Shown one piece after another: positions 61,543 through 64,000 of a stretch of 64,000 bases of DNA. Every line of letters begins with the position of its first letter. Position 1 is the first letter of the stretch. The position numbers and the translations under genes were made by a program. The DNA is taken from assembly GCA_963514005.1 (NCBI GenBank), contig OY740782.1, positions 150,722,001-150,786,000 on the forward strand. The letters are read 5' to 3'. This DNA comes from Raja brachyura. Its lineage: Eukaryota. The notes under the pieces were generated by a model. The model was not told the DNA's origin. It made no database searches and saw only the letters and a list, made by a program, of their open reading frames with translations.

Positions 61543-62627
61543 TCAACTTTACCAGTTTGTAGTACAACAAGAATAGGATTAATCCCGTATAAATAGTTAA
61601 CAGCCTCGTTTAATCCGGGCAGAAAGAGTTTCTATATTACCAATATGTATTGTAACATAAATGTGTGAAACCAAGTATGTCAGGTGACAGGGATAATACT
61701 GTTTTCAAGATAATTCTTGAGTTCGCATCAGGATGCACAGGTCCTGGCACGCTACGGAATGGGACTGTATTGAGCGTTAAAATACAGGGACAATATATTT
61801 TAAGCGCTGTCTGGAGTACATCACATCACTGACATCCTACCTACCCACTCCTTCAGACACCTCCGGCCTCTTCTGGAAAAGACCCCCCCGTTCCCACATT
61901 GGCATGATCAATAATTCTAGGCCTAGAGTGGAAGCACGGTAACCTCGAACACGAATGGCTGCCTGGGAGAAAAGAGACATATGTGGGTACAAATGCGAGG
62001 TAACACGTGATCCGGTATAATAAATATGAAAAAAAATGTATGGCGACATATCGTCTCCCCTCCCCCATCAGGCAAGAGGTAGAGAAGTGTGAAAACGCAA
62101 GACTCCAGATTCAGGAACAATTTATTTCCGGCTGTTATCAGGGAACTGAATGATTCTATCAGCAACGAGAGTGTGGGCCTGAGCTACTCTCTCCCTTATT
62201 GGGGACCCTTGGACTATATTTAAGTGGAGTTTACTGGGCTTTATCATGCACCAAACATCATTCTCTTTATCACGTATCTGTACTCTGTGGATGGCTAGAT
62301 GGTAGTTATGTATAACCTTTCCGCTGAATAGTTAGCACGCAACAAAAGCTTTTCACTATTCCTCTGTAAACGTGACAATAAAGGAAGCTAAACTATGCTA
62401 ACGAAAAAAATATCTGTATCAGTGGCAACCGAGTGGTCATAGCACCATCCTCTGGTCACAGGTAATGTTCGAAATTCAATCTAAATCAAAAACCTGCAAT
62501 ACAAATATGCACCACGAGATGGCAGCAGATGCAGGCTCCCTCTGGGCAACACTGAATGGAAACGCCCCTTGTTGCACGAGATGTAAAGAGTACGCAGGGT
62601 CCTAATGCTCGTATTAAGCTAAAATCA

Positions 62628-63455
62628 CAAGTCAAGTCAATTTTATTTCTATAGCACATTTAAAAACAACTCACGTTGACCAAAGTGCAGGTACTAATGT
62701 GCTACATACAATGGTACATAGATCTAACAATACATACATAAATACATACATACAGCGCTCCCTCAAGAAAGGCTTGAGAGTAGAAATAAGTTTTAAGTGA
62801 CGACTTAAGGGAGTCGATGGATTGGGCAGTTCTGATGAGGAGAGGGATGCTGTTCCACAGTCTAGGTGCTGCAACCGCAAAAGCGCGGTCGCCCCTGAGC
62901 TTAAACCTGGACCGCGGGATAGTCAGTAACCCCAAGTCGGCCGACCTGAGGGACCTGGAGGTAGAATGGTGGGTTAGCAGGTTTTTGATATAGGTGGGGG
63001 CAAGCCCGGTAAGGGCTTTGTATACATATAGGAGGAGCTTGAAATTGATTCTGTACCATACTGGGAGCCAGTGGAGAGAGGCCAGGATCGGGGTGATGTG
63101 GTCCCTTTTACGGGTGCCCGTCAGGAGTCTCGCTGCGGCGTTTTGGACCAATTGCAGGCGGGACAGGGATGATTGGCTAATGCCAGTGTAAAGAGAGTTG
63201 CAGTAATCAAGGCGGGAGGAGATAAATGCGTGGATGATCTTTTCAAGGTCGTTGAATTGGAGGAATGGTTTGATTTTAGCTATCGTCCGAAGCTGGAAGA
63301 AGCTAGCTTTTACCACAGCATTGACTTGTTTGTCAAACTTCAAAGCGGAGTCAAATATCACACCAAGGTTTTGGACGTGCGGTTTGAGTAAGGAGGTTAG
63401 GTTTCCAAGGCTGCCTGCTATCGTTTTGACGGAGTCCGAGGCAGTAATTGAAGAG
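62628..63455 (-). mobile_element. L2 LINE 3' part
   Basis: NLGVIFD, SRLDYCNSL, QNAAARLL, HITPILASLHWLPV, GDRAF; short (CAAGT)n tail. Confidence 0.92.
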
Positions 63456-63524
63456 CGCACCCCCGGAGGTGAGGACTGTACAGAGCTGGTCGGGGGTGTG
63501 GGGGGGGGGGGTGGGGGGGGGGGC

Positions 63525-64000
63525 AGTCTGTAGACTGGGCAATGTTCAGGGACTCGGCAACGGACCTGAATGAATACGCCACAGTCGTTACTGACTTCCT
63601 AAAGATATGTGTGGAGGACTGCATCCCAATAAAAAATGTCCAAGTGTTTCCCAATCAGAAGCCTTGGATGAACTTTGAGATCCGCACTCTTCTGAAGACC
63701 AGACACCGGGCATTCATATCTGATGATACAGTGGTCTACAAGAAGTCCAGATACAACCTTGGTAAGGCCATCAAAAAGGCCAAAAGGGACTTCTGCTCCA
63801 CACTGGAGGATGAGACAGATGTTCGGCAGCTGTGGCGGGGCCTGAATGCAATCACCTCCTACAAGGCGAGATCAGGAGGCAGCTCGAATGTCGGCGTAGC
63901 ATCACTCCCTGGCGAGCTCAATGCGTTTTACGCACGCTTTGATAGGGAGAACACTGATGTGCCTTCTCGAGCCCCCATTCGCTGTGATGGTATTTCAGTC
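63525..64000 (+). mobile_element. Rex/Babar-like LINE ORF fragment (runs off the window)
   Basis: DWAMF...CVEDCIP...FPNQKPWM...LW.GL..IT.YK...LNAFYARF. Confidence 0.8.

Overview
Vertebrate genomic DNA from a cartilaginous fish (inferred, probably a skate or ray). The only host gene I can support is one complete, unrearranged immunoglobulin mu heavy-chain cluster on the + strand at ~40.86-54.36 kb: leader-VH-D1-D2-JH-CH1-CH2-CH3-CH4/secretory tail-TM1-TM2, with RSS order 23 | 12/22 | 12/12 | 23. All exons are open and in phase. The TM1-TM2 intron is GC-AG and VH has Leu at the conserved FR2 Trp. The rest is mostly transposons: two adjacent DIRS1-type tyrosine-recombinase retrotransposons (441-5310 with decayed ORFs; 6341-11636 near-intact), many CR1 LINE fragments, L1/Tx1, L2 and Rex/Babar LINEs, Penelope fragments with hammerhead-ribozyme motifs, a head-to-tail Helitron-like array with purine-rich filler, and hAT elements. 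The most unusual observation is in the first DIRS: its ORFs are wrecked but its replication repeats (ITR/ICR) are perfectly complementary, and it carries sense-oriented fragments of both U6 and U2 snRNA in its gag region. This suggests a recently mobile non-autonomous DIRS with captured spliceosomal RNA. An assembly gap lies at 51800-52001. All alignments were done by eye; repeat boundaries are approximate.
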